A stretch of 64,000 bases of DNA from Candidatus Latescibacterota bacterium. Lineage in GTDB: Bacteria > Latescibacterota > UBA2968 > SICM01. A program made the translations under genes and the position numbers. Positions 49,706-60,972 of the stretch are shown piece after piece. Under the pieces are notes generated by a model. The model saw only the letters and a list, made by a program, of their open reading frames with translations. It searched no databases and was not told the origin of the DNA. Numbering within the stretch: the stretch's first letter is position 1; the number at the start of each line of letters is the position of its first letter. The DNA is taken from contig CBDCJO010000002.1 of assembly GCA_965217865.1 (NCBI GenBank), forward strand, positions 1,248,001 through 1,312,000. The letters are read 5' to 3'.

Positions 49706-51228
49706 GACTTCACATCGTCATTTTGACCGGCCAACATCAGACTCCCCAACACCCCCTCATCCACGTCCCGGCGGGGTAAATCCGCTACGATTCGTCCCTT
49801 GACCATCACAAGGACCCGATCGGAAAGGCTCAGAATCTCTTCCAAATCCTGGGAAATCAACATGACCCCGCTTCCGCGATCCCGAGCCGTTATAAGCTCT
49901 TGCCTGACAAATGCCGTCCCCCGAATATCCAATCCCCGCGTTGGTTGAACGGCCAGGATAAATTCGGGATTGCTTCCAAGTTCACGGCCTACCACCACTT
50001 TCTGACGGTTCCCCCCAGATAGCGAACGGATAGGACTCCCCAGATCGGCTGCATCCACTTCGAATCGGGAGATCAGAGATTCTGCGTGCGAACGGATTTC
50101 CTTCCGGTCAAATCGGAGTCCCTTGCGGTAGCCCTTATCCAGATGGTAACCCAGTATCGTATTCTCCACAACCGAGAAAGGTAAAATCAGGCCCTCCAAC
50201 TCACGATCCTCGGGGATCCAGACAATCCCTTTTTCCCGGAGTTCAGAAGCGTCGCTCCCGGTGATATCCTCCCCCCGGTAAATGATTTTACCCGATGCTA
50301 CCGACAAACATCCCATCAGGGTCCGCGCCAACTCAGTCTGGCCATTGCCCAATACCCCGGCAACACCCACGATTTCCCGTCGTCGCAGGGTGAAAGAGAC
50401 CCCGTTGAGACCGTGGACATCCGGAGGGGAATCGAGATTTCGGCCTTCCAGAAGAACCTCCCCCGGATCCAACCGACGTGTCGGATGCACTTCGGAAAAC
50501 GTTCCCTCCCCGACGATGGCGCGAACCAGGTCCGCTTCAAGATTGTCTTTTACTTCAAACCGACCCGTTATCCGGCCGCGGCAAAGAACGGTTGCCCGAT
50601 CCGCATGAGCCATCACCTCGGATATCCGGTGCGTGACGAATACGACAGTCAATCCTTCCGACTTAAGGCGCCCCACGATGTCGAACAACCTCCGACCTTC
50701 CTCCGGCGAGAGAGCAGAGGTGGGTTCGTCCAGAACCAGACATTTCGCGTGTCGATAAAGGCCTTTCATGATCTCCACCATCTGCTGTTGACCCACCGGG
50801 AGTTCATCTGCCCGGTCCCTTGGACTTAGGGGAACTCCGAGACGGGAGATCAGAGATTGGACTTTTCCTTCCATACCCCTATGGTCCAGGAAAGGCCCTC
50901 GTCGAGGTTCAGCCCCCAGGACCACGTTTTGTGCCACGCTTAAGGTTGGAACCACTGCGAAATGCTGCTGAACGATCACGATGCCACGGGCAAGGACCTG
51001 TCGGGGGTCACCGGAAGGAACGGGATCTCCATCGATGATAATCTCTCCGGATGTCGGGGAGGTCAACCCGCAGAGGATGTTGACGAGGGTCGACTTGCCC
51101 GCGCCGTTTTCTCCGACCAGAGCGTGAACCTCTCCGGTCCGCACGTCGAAATCGACGTCGTTGACGGCAACGAGCTCACCATAATATTTGGTGATGCTCC
51201 GCATCTTCACGAAATGGTTTTCATACAA
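49702..51228 (-). CDS. ABC ATP-binding protein with two ATPase domains (CUT2 type)
   Basis: GENGAGKST, LDEPT, LSGGNRQK, QPTRGLD. Confidence 0.92.
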   Translation of the reverse strand: MYENHFVKMRSITKYYGELVAVNDVDFDVRTGEVHALVGENGAGKSTLVNILCGLTSPTSGEIIIDGDPVPSGDPRQVLARGIVIVQQHFAVVPTLSVAQNVVLGAEPRRGPFLDHRGMEGKVQSLISRLGVPLSPRDRADELPVGQQQMVEIMKGLYRHAKCLVLDEPTSALSPEEGRRLFDIVGRLKSEGLTVVFVTHRISEVMAHADRATVLCRGRITGRFEVKDNLEADLVRAIVGEGTFSEVHPTRRLDPGEVLLEGRNLDSPPDVHGLNGVSFTLRRREIVGVAGVLGNGQTELARTLMGCLSVASGKIIYRGEDITGSDASELREKGIVWIPEDRELEGLILPFSVVENTILGYHLDKGYRKGLRFDRKEIRSHAESLISRFEVDAADLGSPIRSLSGGNRQKVVVGRELGSNPEFILAVQPTRGLDIRGTAFVRQELITARDRGSGVMLISQDLEEILSLSDRVLVMVKGRIVADLPRRDVDEGVLGSLMLAGQNDDVKS

Positions 51229-51565
51229 TGTGAGCAATCTCCCTCGGCAACTTAAATGTCCCATCTTCACTCGGTTCAAACTCAAGAACCCGGATGACGG
51301 CATCCGTATTCAGCGGTCCGTAAATATGAGGGAACCGATCCCCTTCGCCGGCATCTTCATATCGAATCTCCTCTCGGACCTTTTCTGAGTCGATACAGAG
51401 AAGTACCATCCCTCTATTTCCCCGAAAAAGCCTGTTCGCAACTCTGATAATTTGGCCTGGGGTGGAGGAATGAATAAAGCCCTGAGAATCCAGCTTATCA
51501 CCTCGATATAACCCACGCAATTTTTCACGCTCCCATTGTTGACGACGAGCAATATGTAAGATCAA
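51221..51565 (-). CDS. DUF952 family protein
   Basis: ILHI, GFIHSS, FPHIYGPLN. Confidence 0.9.
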   Translation of the reverse strand: MILHIARRQQWEREKLRGLYRGDKLDSQGFIHSSTPGQIIRVANRLFRGNRGMVLLCIDSEKVREEIRYEDAGEGDRFPHIYGPLNTDAVIRVLEFEPSEDGTFKLPREIAHIV

Positions 51566-51820
51566 TCCCTTTCCCTTTCTCCAAAAGCAACTGGATGACG
51601 ATCTCCATATATTATGTTATTCTGATGCATTCGCTTCCTTATCCAAATTGTTCAACAATCTCACGATGCGGGGATCGTCTGGGGCAATGGAGCGGGCTTT
51701 CTCGAAAAACTCTCTGGCCTTTTTAAAGTCCTTCAACTGTTCCTGATAGACCTGCCCTGCCAGAGCGTAAACGATATAATTTCCGGGATCAAAATCTATG
51801 ACGCGATTATAGAAGCTTAG

Positions 51821-53346
51821 CAGCCTGTTGAAAAAGTGCGTTTATGCCAAGATGACTGTTGTCTTTCCTTGTGGTTTGGTCCTATGATATATCAGGTTCA
51901 AACTGAGAAGGGAGGACGAGCAAATGGCAATGGGAAAACGAGGACGACAGAGACAGGAAAACCTGTTCATCGCATCGAACACTTTGGTGAAATCTCCGGG
52001 TCATCCGTTCTACGAGAAGCTGAATCAGGTATTGGGGGCGAACGGCTTCGACGAGTTCGTCGAGGGGCTTTGCCAGCGGTATTACGCTCCTCATATGGGT
52101 CGCAAGGGCATTCCGCCCGGGGTTTATTTTCGGATGCTTTTGATTGGGTATTTCGAGGGACTTGATTCGGAACGTGGGATCGAATGGCGTGTATCTGACT
52201 CGCTGACGTTGCGCCGGTTTTTGGGGTATGCCCTTGACGAACAGACCCCGGATCATTCCAGCCTGTCTCGCATCCGGCATCGGCTTCCCTTGGAAGTTCA
52301 CGAAGCGGTTTTCAAGTGGATCCTGAGGGTCTTGTGCAAAGCGGGTCTGGTGAAGGGGAAGACGTTGGGCGTGGATGCTACGACACTGGAGGCCAACGCC
52401 GCGATGCGCAGCATTGTACGCCGTGACACGGGTGAAGGCTACCAGGCATTCCTTGAGAATCTGGCCAAGGCCTCGGGCATTGAAACGCCTACCCGCGAGG
52501 ACTTGTCCAAGATCGATAAGAAGCGACCGAAGAAGGGATCGAACCAGGACTGGGAGCACCCGCACGACCCGGATGCCAAGATCGCTAAGATGAAGGACGG
52601 TCGCACGCACATGGCGCACAAGGTGGAGCACGCGGTGGATCTGGACACCAATGCCATTGTGGCAGTGGCGTTGTCGGGAGCAGATGAAGGAGATACCGAG
52701 TCGTTGCCCTGGACGCTGCTCGAGGCGCAGCTCAATCTCAAGCAGGTCGCGAAGGACGAAAAAGCTGCCAAACGTTTGCACAGACAGCGTATACGGGAGG
52801 TGGTTGCGGACAAAGGATATCATAGCAACGATGTATTGACCAGTCTGAAGCAAGGCGGCATCCGGAGTTACATTTCAGAACCGGATCGGGGACGCCGCAA
52901 GTGGAACGGCCGACGAGATGAGCAGGCCGCGGTATATGCGAATCGACGCCGGATCAAGGGAGATCGCGGCAAGGCCTTGCGCCGAAGTCGTGCAGAACGG
53001 GTGGAAAGAACCATCGCTCACACATATGATACCGGTGGCATGCGCAGGTTGCACTTGAGAGACCGCGGCAATATCCTCAAGCGTTTGCTGATCCACATCG
53101 GGGGCTGCAACCTGGCTCTGCTCATGCGCAAAGTGATGGGCGTAGGTACTCCGAAGGCCCTCCAGGACCTGGCCAAGGCCTTGCAGCGTCTACTGCTCGT
53201 CCTACAATCACGTTTGCTGCCCTCGGTTACCTTTTTAACCTCTTATCAGCGTCTCCTGCTCAATCTCCTTACCTTGATTTATCTGACCCGCACTCCAGGC
53301 GTCTTTTCCGTTTATGTGCGTTGAAAGGTAGTTCTTCAACGGGCTG
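51821..53346 (+). mobile_element. IS5/IS1182-like insertion sequence, copy 2 (1526 bp)
   Basis: Same inverted repeats as copy 1 in the opposite orientation; flanks TTAG / CTAG. Confidence 0.93.
51924..53324 (+). CDS. DDE transposase
   Basis: 466 aa; two differences from copy 1 were noticed (EAQL vs EAPL, YLTR vs YPTR). Confidence 0.93.
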   Translation: MAMGKRGRQRQENLFIASNTLVKSPGHPFYEKLNQVLGANGFDEFVEGLCQRYYAPHMGRKGIPPGVYFRMLLIGYFEGLDSERGIEWRVSDSLTLRRFLGYALDEQTPDHSSLSRIRHRLPLEVHEAVFKWILRVLCKAGLVKGKTLGVDATTLEANAAMRSIVRRDTGEGYQAFLENLAKASGIETPTREDLSKIDKKRPKKGSNQDWEHPHDPDAKIAKMKDGRTHMAHKVEHAVDLDTNAIVAVALSGADEGDTESLPWTLLEAQLNLKQVAKDEKAAKRLHRQRIREVVADKGYHSNDVLTSLKQGGIRSYISEPDRGRRKWNGRRDEQAAVYANRRRIKGDRGKALRRSRAERVERTIAHTYDTGGMRRLHLRDRGNILKRLLIHIGGCNLALLMRKVMGVGTPKALQDLAKALQRLLLVLQSRLLPSVTFLTSYQRLLLNLLTLIYLTRTPGVFSVYVR

Positions 53347-55367
53347 CTAGGCTATTCAAGTATTCAATATTCCCAGGCTCCAGCCTCACGGCTTCACTGT
53401 GAGCCTCGATCGCCTCTTCGTGACGTCCCAACTGACGGAAGCAATAGCCAAGGCGGAAACATGCTTCCGCAAACCCCGGTTCCAACTGAATGACGTTTTT
53501 AAATGAAACGATTGCTTCCTGATACCGCCCAAGTTGCATCAATGCTTCGCCCCTCAACTTACTGACCATCCGATTGTTGGGATGACATTGCAGACTATGC
53601 TTAAATGACTTCTTCGCCTGCAGCCAGAGCCTCATATCATAGAATGTAAGACCCAGCATCTGATGCGCCCCAAAATAGTAAGGTCGGTAAGAGATGGACT
53701 TAGCAAAGTTTTCAGTGGCCTGAACCAGACGGTTCGGATCTACGTTCCTCGCCTTCCAATCGTACCATCCTTCTGTATAAGAATAATCTGCAATAACTGT
53801 GTTATAACTCACGGCCAAGCCAATAAAAAAAGTCGCAAAGCTCACACATGCCAAAATCAAGACAGAAACCACGGACCTGATCTCGAGAATGGGAATTTTT
53901 TGTTCTCCTAGACCGGATACCTGGCGATCCAACACAGCCGCAAGTCCAATGACAATCCAGAAATTGGACGCTGACGCGGGATTCTGAAAATTGGAACTAA
54001 ACAGGGCATGAACCAGCGTTGCCGCAGATCCAGCCACGAGGGCCACTCCAATCATGTTGGTATTTCCATTGGCGTAGGATCGCAACAGTCTATAGGAAAT
54101 CCCACTAATCACATAGAACATCCAGAGAAATGCCGCCAATCCCAGGATTCCGGTCTCTGCCAGAACTTGCAAATAATCATTATGCGCCCCATAGAGAGCC
54201 AAATCTCCTTCCACATTTTTACGCATTCGCTGGAGAATCTCGATACTATCCGCGCTCATATGCACCGGGATATTGAAGGGAAAATTTCCCACTCCAACCC
54301 CAAACCATAATCGCTCCCGAATCATCTTGGCTGTATCTCTCCAGAGAAAGAATCGTTGGCGTGTTGAATCATCTTCAAAATGAACAGCTGTTTCAAACCG
54401 ACCAAATGTATCCAACACGCGTTCCTTGAGATCCATCCCAACGGTTGATCTCTCGCCCAGAGGAATACTCATAGCAAATACAATCAGCAGAACCACAATG
54501 ATCGAGGAAATCGAATATTTAAAAATCGAGCCTTTTCTCAAGCGAATACCCACTCGCATGGCCCTCCAGATCAAAGCTCCGATAAAAATCCCCGAAGAGA
54601 CCACCATCCCGATCCATCCGCCTCGGGCTCCCAAAACGGAGATCAAAACCAACATTGATAATAAAGCCCCGCCTGCGAGCCAGCGGGCAAACCCACGACT
54701 CACAACCGTCAGTGCAACGGCTATAGGCAATGTGATATCGAGATACTCTGCCACAAAAGTCATGTTTCCGAGTGTTGACACCGGCATGCTCCACTTGGAG
54801 GAGAACGCGTAAACACGATGGTACTGCAGCAATCCGATCACCGAGACAACCGATGCGGTGAAAACGATTCCCCACAAGATCACAAGTCGTTCCCCCTCCA
54901 CCTTCACGCAATTGAAAACCACGAGACATAGAAGGAAATTACAGATATACTGGAACATCGTCTCCAAGCCTACGGGACGGTTGTATGCTTGGAAGAGAGA
55001 GATGAAGTTCGCTGCTAAAAAACTGAGAAAGGCATAGTAAAGCGGGGATTGGACAAGAGACAACTTTCCGTCAATTGCCATTCGAATGAACCAAAGGGAA
55101 CAGGCCAAGGTCGTGAGAATCTGAACCAAAGCAATCTTCGGGATATTATACGTAGACAGGGAGGTGGTGAAATAGGAAGGGGTCAATACGACGAGGAGCA
55201 GCAGGGTCCCGATCACACCAAATTGCAGTCCAGACTTTAACGGGGAATGAACGGAGTCCTGATTGTCTTCTTTCAACACGATTCGCCGTGTTCCCATAAC
55301 CTTGAACCTGAAAAAATACGTGAACTTCCTCTATCCAGGGAAGGACACCAAAATTGAAGGCTTCCGG

Positions 55368-56297
55368 TTAATGGCTTGCTTCAATCTTCCGGATGGCATT
55401 TTCGAGCCGAACGGCAACAAAACGATCCCCTTCCGTGTCCAGCCACCGTCTTAGCATTGGAAGGCTTTCTGATTGGGCCGAAAAACCCAAACCCACTGCG
55501 GCAGCCGCCCGGACTACCCATTCCGGGTCCTCTGCCAGAGGGATGAGTATTTTGATAGCCGGTTCTCCCCCGATTTTTCCGATGGTGTGGGAAGAGAGGG
55601 CTCGAATCAACGGATCTGGATGGGGCAGCAAATCGGAAAGCGATTTTAAAGCCGGAGCACCCATAACCACCAGTGCGCCCGCCGCAGCAAATCGCACGCT
55701 GTGATGGGAATCTGACATCGATTTTATCAGGGAAGGAACCGACCGAAGGTCCCTCAACTGTCCAAGGGATTTGGCACTTGCCCTTCTGACGCTCAAGGAG
55801 GGATCATGTAGCGCCTTAATCAGAACCGGAACGGCCAACGAGTCTCCGATTTCGCCCAAAGCCGAGGCTGCCACACTCCGAATACTTGAGTCTTTCATCA
55901 AACCGATGAGGGCTTGCCGGCAATCGGGATGCTTCACCCGGCCGATCATCTTCGTCGCATATCGACGGGCGTCAATGGTGTCACCATCCCTGGCACAACG
56001 GACGAGAACGGGAAGGCCCGCCGCCGCCATTTCCACCAAGGCTTCCATCACCCCGTTCTTTACCCACCAACTCCCCTCAGCCAGGGTTTTTTCGAGCTCG
56101 GGAATGATCTTTTTTCCTCTTTGGGCCAACTCCTGGATGGCCTTCGACCTTTCCGGAAAGTCCAGGCCCCCGATCTTCCCGATGAGCGCCGAGACATCCT
56201 TGGAGCCAGGATCGGCCCCTGCGCCAACCGCACTCCAACCCATAATAACAGAATACGTAGCGAGATGTCGCAAAAGGATATACATAGAAAGCACCAA
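55368..56297 (-). CDS. HEAT-repeat protein
   Basis: Repeated VR..AA.ALG.IG...AVP.LI..L.D units. Confidence 0.88.
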   Translation of the reverse strand: MVLSMYILLRHLATYSVIMGWSAVGAGADPGSKDVSALIGKIGGLDFPERSKAIQELAQRGKKIIPELEKTLAEGSWWVKNGVMEALVEMAAAGLPVLVRCARDGDTIDARRYATKMIGRVKHPDCRQALIGLMKDSSIRSVAASALGEIGDSLAVPVLIKALHDPSLSVRRASAKSLGQLRDLRSVPSLIKSMSDSHHSVRFAAAGALVVMGAPALKSLSDLLPHPDPLIRALSSHTIGKIGGEPAIKILIPLAEDPEWVVRAAAAVGLGFSAQSESLPMLRRWLDTEGDRFVAVRLENAIRKIEASH

Positions 56298-56382
56298 GAA
56301 TCAAGTTTGAAAAAGCCTATCGACTCGAAAGGTACAGCTCCCGACTTAAATAATCATTTTTCCATCCTTAATTCCTGTCCCT

Positions 56383-58326
56383 TCACCAGAGGACACTTGT
56401 CGTGTCATCAAGCCCAACACCATATTCCCCGTTCGTCCGGATCTCCCCATCCTTCCCAAAACCGGAGTATCGATCATCTCCCCCCCCGTCAAGGAGGACA
56501 CCGATGCTCCCAAATCCTCGAGAACCGACACCCGATCCCTGTACTTCATCATCCCCGGTGTATCGGTCATTTCCGGCTCCGTCAACCAAAAATCCAACCC
56601 CATTTGCATTACCCGAACCCTGAGACAACCACGTGGATTCGTAGCTGTCGTCACCTGACTCATCCAAAATAAGGCCAAACGCCAGGTCGTGCCCGCATCC
56701 CTGAGAGACCCCCCAGGATTGGTAGATATCGTCTCCCCCCTTGTCCATCAGCCCTCCGATGGCCAGATGGACGCCACTCCCCTGGGCATAGCGTCTTGCA
56801 ATGTACACATCCCGACCCTCTCGGTCCATCAACAATCCCAACCCCATCCAGTACGCAGATCCCTGTGTAAAGTAGTCCCCTTCGTAGCGATCATCTCCCA
56901 ACAAGTCGACCAGCAGCCCGACACCCCCGACTGCGAACGGACGGATCCCCGTCCCAAAGCCCTGTGCCAGACTCCGAAAACGGCCTTCCTCCCTGAAGTC
57001 CGGCAACATGCCTCCTGCGAAATAGGTGTCATCCCCCTCCCTATCGAAAAGCCCCCCGGCCCCGCGAGTTCCTCCGTAGCCCTGAGCGGCTCCCCCGGCC
57101 TGGTAACGGTCTTGGCCATCCCCGTCGATAAGCAAGCCCAGACCAAAGATACCGGCCCCTTGGGCACCAATCCCCGCCTCGTAACGATCATCCCCTTTCA
57201 GGTCCACCAGCATCCCAACACCCAATACACCACACCCCTGACAGAGTCCGCCTTGGCTTATGTATTGATCGTTTCCCGCCATGTCCACAAGGACACCCGC
57301 ACCCATCCACCCCGTTCCCTGGGGAAAATCTCCTTCGGAGGCATAGATGTCGTCACCCGAAAGGTCGACACATACAGAGGCCTTAAGCTTGCCGTCCAAA
57401 CTCGAACCTGTCCATCCCTTGTACTCATCATCACCCCCCAAATCCAGAATGATTGCCGCCGGACGTCTGTATACAGTAGGTCCGGGTCCGCCAACGATAA
57501 CCGCACCTGCGGGAGTTTCGAACGACGCAACTACATCTCCAGAAACACCGTCGATAATCGGATTGGCGGATTCACCGGATGACATGAACTTGGTTGGCAA
57601 CGCCCCCACCCCCTGAATCCCCGCCAAAAGGTACTGGGCTGCGGCCACCATTCGGACTTCGTCCACCTTTGATGCGATATTAACAATCCGTCTTGCTTCA
57701 TATTCTTCGACCTGCCCCCTGATCATCTTTCCGGCCCGGACAAGTATCTTCCTTTCCTCCTCCGTTATATTCTCCAGGCCTTTTTCCACTTCAATTCTGC
57801 TCGCGATCAGACCTGTCAATAAAGTCCCGACGGCTCGCCCAATAGGCCGCGGAAGGTCATCAAACGCCGTCTTCCAGGATTGCTCTTCAACTCCGTTCAG
57901 GCGAGAACCGCACGCCGCGTAGAGACGACGGGCTGCATCAGGTGCCGATGCCGTGGAAATGTAGGGAAGTCGCCCCTCCGTGCGAATGTCGATCAGATCC
58001 GCCAAGCTTTTCAGGGCAAAAATGGAAGAGGCGTTCCCTTCGATTCCCTGGACGACTGAGTCAGGGACGGAGATGGCCTGGAGAGGATTGCTCAACCCCT
58101 GGCGGAGCAGCGCAGGGGCTTCGTCCAGCGCGGATAAGTCCGTCACGATGGCCAGATCGGAACGTCTCATGTGGATGGCTTTTAAAGCCCGGTCCAAGGG
58201 AAGTTCTTCCCTGTGCTCATCCAGAGATACGGAATCCGAATGCCCGTAATCTGTAAAAAAAAGAAGGGGGAGTATGAAAATAAAGGCGGGAAGCGGCGTC
58301 CTTTTCATTTTGAAAGGATATCGCAA
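56383..58326 (-). CDS. Secreted protein with many GxGxLxDxxGDDxY repeats
   Basis: Signal peptide; about 10 Asp/Gly-rich repeats, each followed by QG.G. Confidence 0.75.
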   Translation of the reverse strand: MRYPFKMKRTPLPAFIFILPLLFFTDYGHSDSVSLDEHREELPLDRALKAIHMRRSDLAIVTDLSALDEAPALLRQGLSNPLQAISVPDSVVQGIEGNASSIFALKSLADLIDIRTEGRLPYISTASAPDAARRLYAACGSRLNGVEEQSWKTAFDDLPRPIGRAVGTLLTGLIASRIEVEKGLENITEEERKILVRAGKMIRGQVEEYEARRIVNIASKVDEVRMVAAAQYLLAGIQGVGALPTKFMSSGESANPIIDGVSGDVVASFETPAGAVIVGGPGPTVYRRPAAIILDLGGDDEYKGWTGSSLDGKLKASVCVDLSGDDIYASEGDFPQGTGWMGAGVLVDMAGNDQYISQGGLCQGCGVLGVGMLVDLKGDDRYEAGIGAQGAGIFGLGLLIDGDGQDRYQAGGAAQGYGGTRGAGGLFDREGDDTYFAGGMLPDFREEGRFRSLAQGFGTGIRPFAVGGVGLLVDLLGDDRYEGDYFTQGSAYWMGLGLLMDREGRDVYIARRYAQGSGVHLAIGGLMDKGGDDIYQSWGVSQGCGHDLAFGLILDESGDDSYESTWLSQGSGNANGVGFLVDGAGNDRYTGDDEVQGSGVGSRGFGSIGVLLDGGGDDRYSGFGKDGEIRTNGEYGVGLDDTTSVLW

Positions 58327-58327
58327 T

Positions 58328-59095
58328 CTAGGTAACAGAGGAATGAGTTTTAAGCAAGCCGGGTTGCCCGTTTTTTGGAGGAGTCATCTCAATTGTCCGG
58401 CTTGACTGACCATGGGTTTTTTGAGCCACAAGCATGACCATAATCATCCCGAGTCCGCTCGACAGGACATTGAGTTTCACGTCCGACCATTCTCCAACCC
58501 GATTCGGCAACCAGGCTTGGATCCCCTCGTCCAATCCACCCAGGCAAGATGCCATCACCCATCCCCAAAGATAGGCGGATCGATATCCCATGTCAACCCT
58601 CAACGACCTGTATATCAGATAGCTCAGAAAACCATATTCCGCTAAATGAAGCCGTTCTGCCGGTGATTCCTGGAGCAAAAAAATAGCCACAGTGTAAACG
58701 GTGTACAGGAAGACCAAGGCCGCATAGACCCACAAACGGCGCTCGCGTTTCCTGAAAAGGAGATAGATGAGCAGCCAAATCCCGATGGCCACGATACACG
58801 TTTGCCCCGCCCAATGGATCCTTCCGTCGGTGTAACCATAAAGTGTTTTCCAGATTTCCGGCAGAAAGGGCAAGGTGAGGAAGATAATGGAGGTATATAT
58901 GACAACACCCCCCCACCAACGGCATCTATGGAAACCATACCTTTTCGAAAGAATCAGATAGACGATCATGGCCAACAAGGTCCAACCAACCAAGTCCGCT
59001 GGAGGGATGGTCCCTATCCAACTGACCAGGTCAAAGAACCCCCTCAAGAGCCCGACCGCGAGCAGCCTAAAATCATTTACCCACCCGGCCTTCAT
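58328..59095 (-). CDS. VanZ-family membrane protein
   Basis: HLAEYGFL, DEGIQAWLPNR...SDVKLN; ATGA overlap with the sulfatase stop. Confidence 0.8.
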   Translation of the reverse strand: MKAGWVNDFRLLAVGLLRGFFDLVSWIGTIPPADLVGWTLLAMIVYLILSKRYGFHRCRWWGGVVIYTSIIFLTLPFLPEIWKTLYGYTDGRIHWAGQTCIVAIGIWLLIYLLFRKRERRLWVYAALVFLYTVYTVAIFLLQESPAERLHLAEYGFLSYLIYRSLRVDMGYRSAYLWGWVMASCLGGLDEGIQAWLPNRVGEWSDVKLNVLSSGLGMIMVMLVAQKTHGQSSRTIEMTPPKNGQPGLLKTHSSVT

Positions 59096-60972
59096 CGGCG
59101 ATCCCGTGATATCAACAGATAAAGGAGCACCCCCGCCCCGAGGCACACGACCCCTACCACCACATGTTCTGTCCTTGTTACAAACCAGTTCATAAGAAAA
59201 AAGAAGGGGCTCGATGGCTGGTGAGGGGAGTCGGTTTTGGCTTCCACAAAAAACGTACGCCATTCACTCCACCCAGTCGTTGCATCCGCTCGCCTGACCC
59301 GGAACCGCCAGGGGTTGTAGAGAGCAAGTGTGTTCCATAATCCTCCGTCAAACGGTCCGTACTTCGGGGCGTTTCCCACAACCTGAATCCGTCCTTCCAA
59401 AAAACGGTGGGTGCCTTCTGCGACCCTATACTCGGCTGTGTAATCTGAGTTGACATCACCGGTCCACCGGGGGGAAATCGAACCATCTACCGCCTCGAAT
59501 CGTAGCGTATCCCGATCCGATGGGAAGAGAATTCGGATTGACTCGCCTTTCGACTGATCTTTCTGATATGACGATGAGTCTGTATCGGCTTCGGATCGCA
59601 CCCCCTCCGATTCTGCAATTCCCTGTGGGTAATCGGATATGAGGCTGTCCCCGGATGCAACAACCTGTGATAGTTTTTCCCTTAGCCTCCAGCGATCGAG
59701 GTCCAACTGCATCTTTCTAGCAATCTCCGGAAACCGGGTTATCAAATTTTGTCGTTCAAGGGGGTCTTCAATCAAGTGAAATAATTCAGACTCATTCCCG
59801 GACGGTCCAAATGAGCTGATGAGTTTCCACGAAGATGTCCGCATCGCCAGAATTCGGGTCAAAAGCATCTCAGGGGATGCCTGATATCCCCCTGGAGTCG
59901 TTTCGCAATACGCCGGCCGCTCCTGCCATCCCGGCTCTCCCCTGATCAAAGGCACCAGGGACCGGCCTTCTACCCCCCCAGGCCTCTTTTTTCCCAGAAT
60001 ATCCAGTATAGTCGGCAGGATGTCGATGTTCTGCACCTGCTCATCAACCACGCGTCCTTGCGGAAGGCCCCCGGGAAACCTGAATACGAGAGGAATCCGA
60101 ATCACTTCGTCATAGGAATTGCCGTTGAGGGATGTGGAGGCGTGTCCCACAAACCCGTGATCCAACAGCTCCTCGCCGTGGTCCGCAGTAATAACCAGAA
60201 GCGTCTTATCCTTCAGATTGAATCGGATCAACATCTCCTCGATCCTCTTGATGAATCGCTCGTCCATCTCCAGAATCTGGCCGTCATACAGGCCTTCAAC
60301 CCATTCACGATCTTCGGCTTTAAAGTCCACGTGCCCGTAGGGAATCATAACGTCTTTCGTCACGGCATTGAGCTTCTTGGCCGAGACCTGCGACCAATCA
60401 AACGACGGCAAAATCCTGGACCCGTATGCCGGAGATGGATTGTATGGAAGATGCAGGTTTCGATAATGGTAATAGATAAAAAACCTTTGGTCCCGGTAAT
60501 CCTGAATTGCCTTGAACAGGATCTCATCTTGGGTTGATATCAGAGAGTCTCGGCGGGGGTAGGGATCGAACCCCAACCCTACGAAGTTCGGAATAACGGT
60601 TAAGTAGCAAACGTCCGGACACACATAACCAAGCGGGGCCAATAAACGTGGAAGGGTCGGAATATCTTTGCTTAAAGATTTTCCCCTTACATCTACTCCG
60701 TGAGATGGGGCGTAAAGACCCGTCAGAATCGAGATCAACCCGGGGGTCGTCCAAGAAGACGACGATATCGCCTGGGTGAAAAGAACACCCTCCTCCGCGA
60801 TTCGGTCCAGATTCGGGCTGGTCTGTCTGGTGTATCCCATGGCCCCAATGTGATCCGGCCTGAAGGTATCGACGGTGAGAAGGAGGATATTGGGCAATTC
60901 ACGGCCGGAAGAACTCTGCTGCAGAAGGAATATGAGCAGGCAACATAATAAGGGGGAATAAACGATTTTCAC
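59092..60972 (-). CDS. Sulfatase-like hydrolase with a C-terminal membrane anchor
   Basis: PNILLLTVDTFRPDH, SSSWTTPG..SILTG, HLPY, ITADHGE, DPLERQNL. Confidence 0.85.
   Translation of the reverse strand: MKIVYSPLLCCLLIFLLQQSSSGRELPNILLLTVDTFRPDHIGAMGYTRQTSPNLDRIAEEGVLFTQAISSSSWTTPGLISILTGLYAPSHGVDVRGKSLSKDIPTLPRLLAPLGYVCPDVCYLTVIPNFVGLGFDPYPRRDSLISTQDEILFKAIQDYRDQRFFIYYHYRNLHLPYNPSPAYGSRILPSFDWSQVSAKKLNAVTKDVMIPYGHVDFKAEDREWVEGLYDGQILEMDERFIKRIEEMLIRFNLKDKTLLVITADHGEELLDHGFVGHASTSLNGNSYDEVIRIPLVFRFPGGLPQGRVVDEQVQNIDILPTILDILGKKRPGGVEGRSLVPLIRGEPGWQERPAYCETTPGGYQASPEMLLTRILAMRTSSWKLISSFGPSGNESELFHLIEDPLERQNLITRFPEIARKMQLDLDRWRLREKLSQVVASGDSLISDYPQGIAESEGVRSEADTDSSSYQKDQSKGESIRILFPSDRDTLRFEAVDGSISPRWTGDVNSDYTAEYRVAEGTHRFLEGRIQVVGNAPKYGPFDGGLWNTLALYNPWRFRVRRADATTGWSEWRTFFVEAKTDSPHQPSSPFFFLMNWFVTRTEHVVVGVVCLGAGVLLYLLISRDRR

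Larger units (their letters stand above)
51617..55297 (-). pseudogene. O-antigen ligase-like + TPR protein interrupted by IS copy 2
   Basis: 5' part 53347-55297 (STLGN, RGGW, GVGVGNF, AHNDYLQ..AETG, TPRs); 3' fragment 51617-51820 translates LSFYNRVIDFDPGNYIVYALAGQVY...ARSIAPDDP. Confidence 0.85.

Noticed and set aside
40433-53346. Composite transposon or inversion bounded by the two inverted IS copies
   Set aside because: Each copy is flanked on both sides by pieces of its own interrupted gene, which indicates two independent insertions and no inversion.
56383-57500. Repetitive DNA as a possible CRISPR or nucleotide repeat array
   Set aside because: The repeats are degenerate protein-level units within one ORF; there are no identical repeats with spacers and no cas genes.
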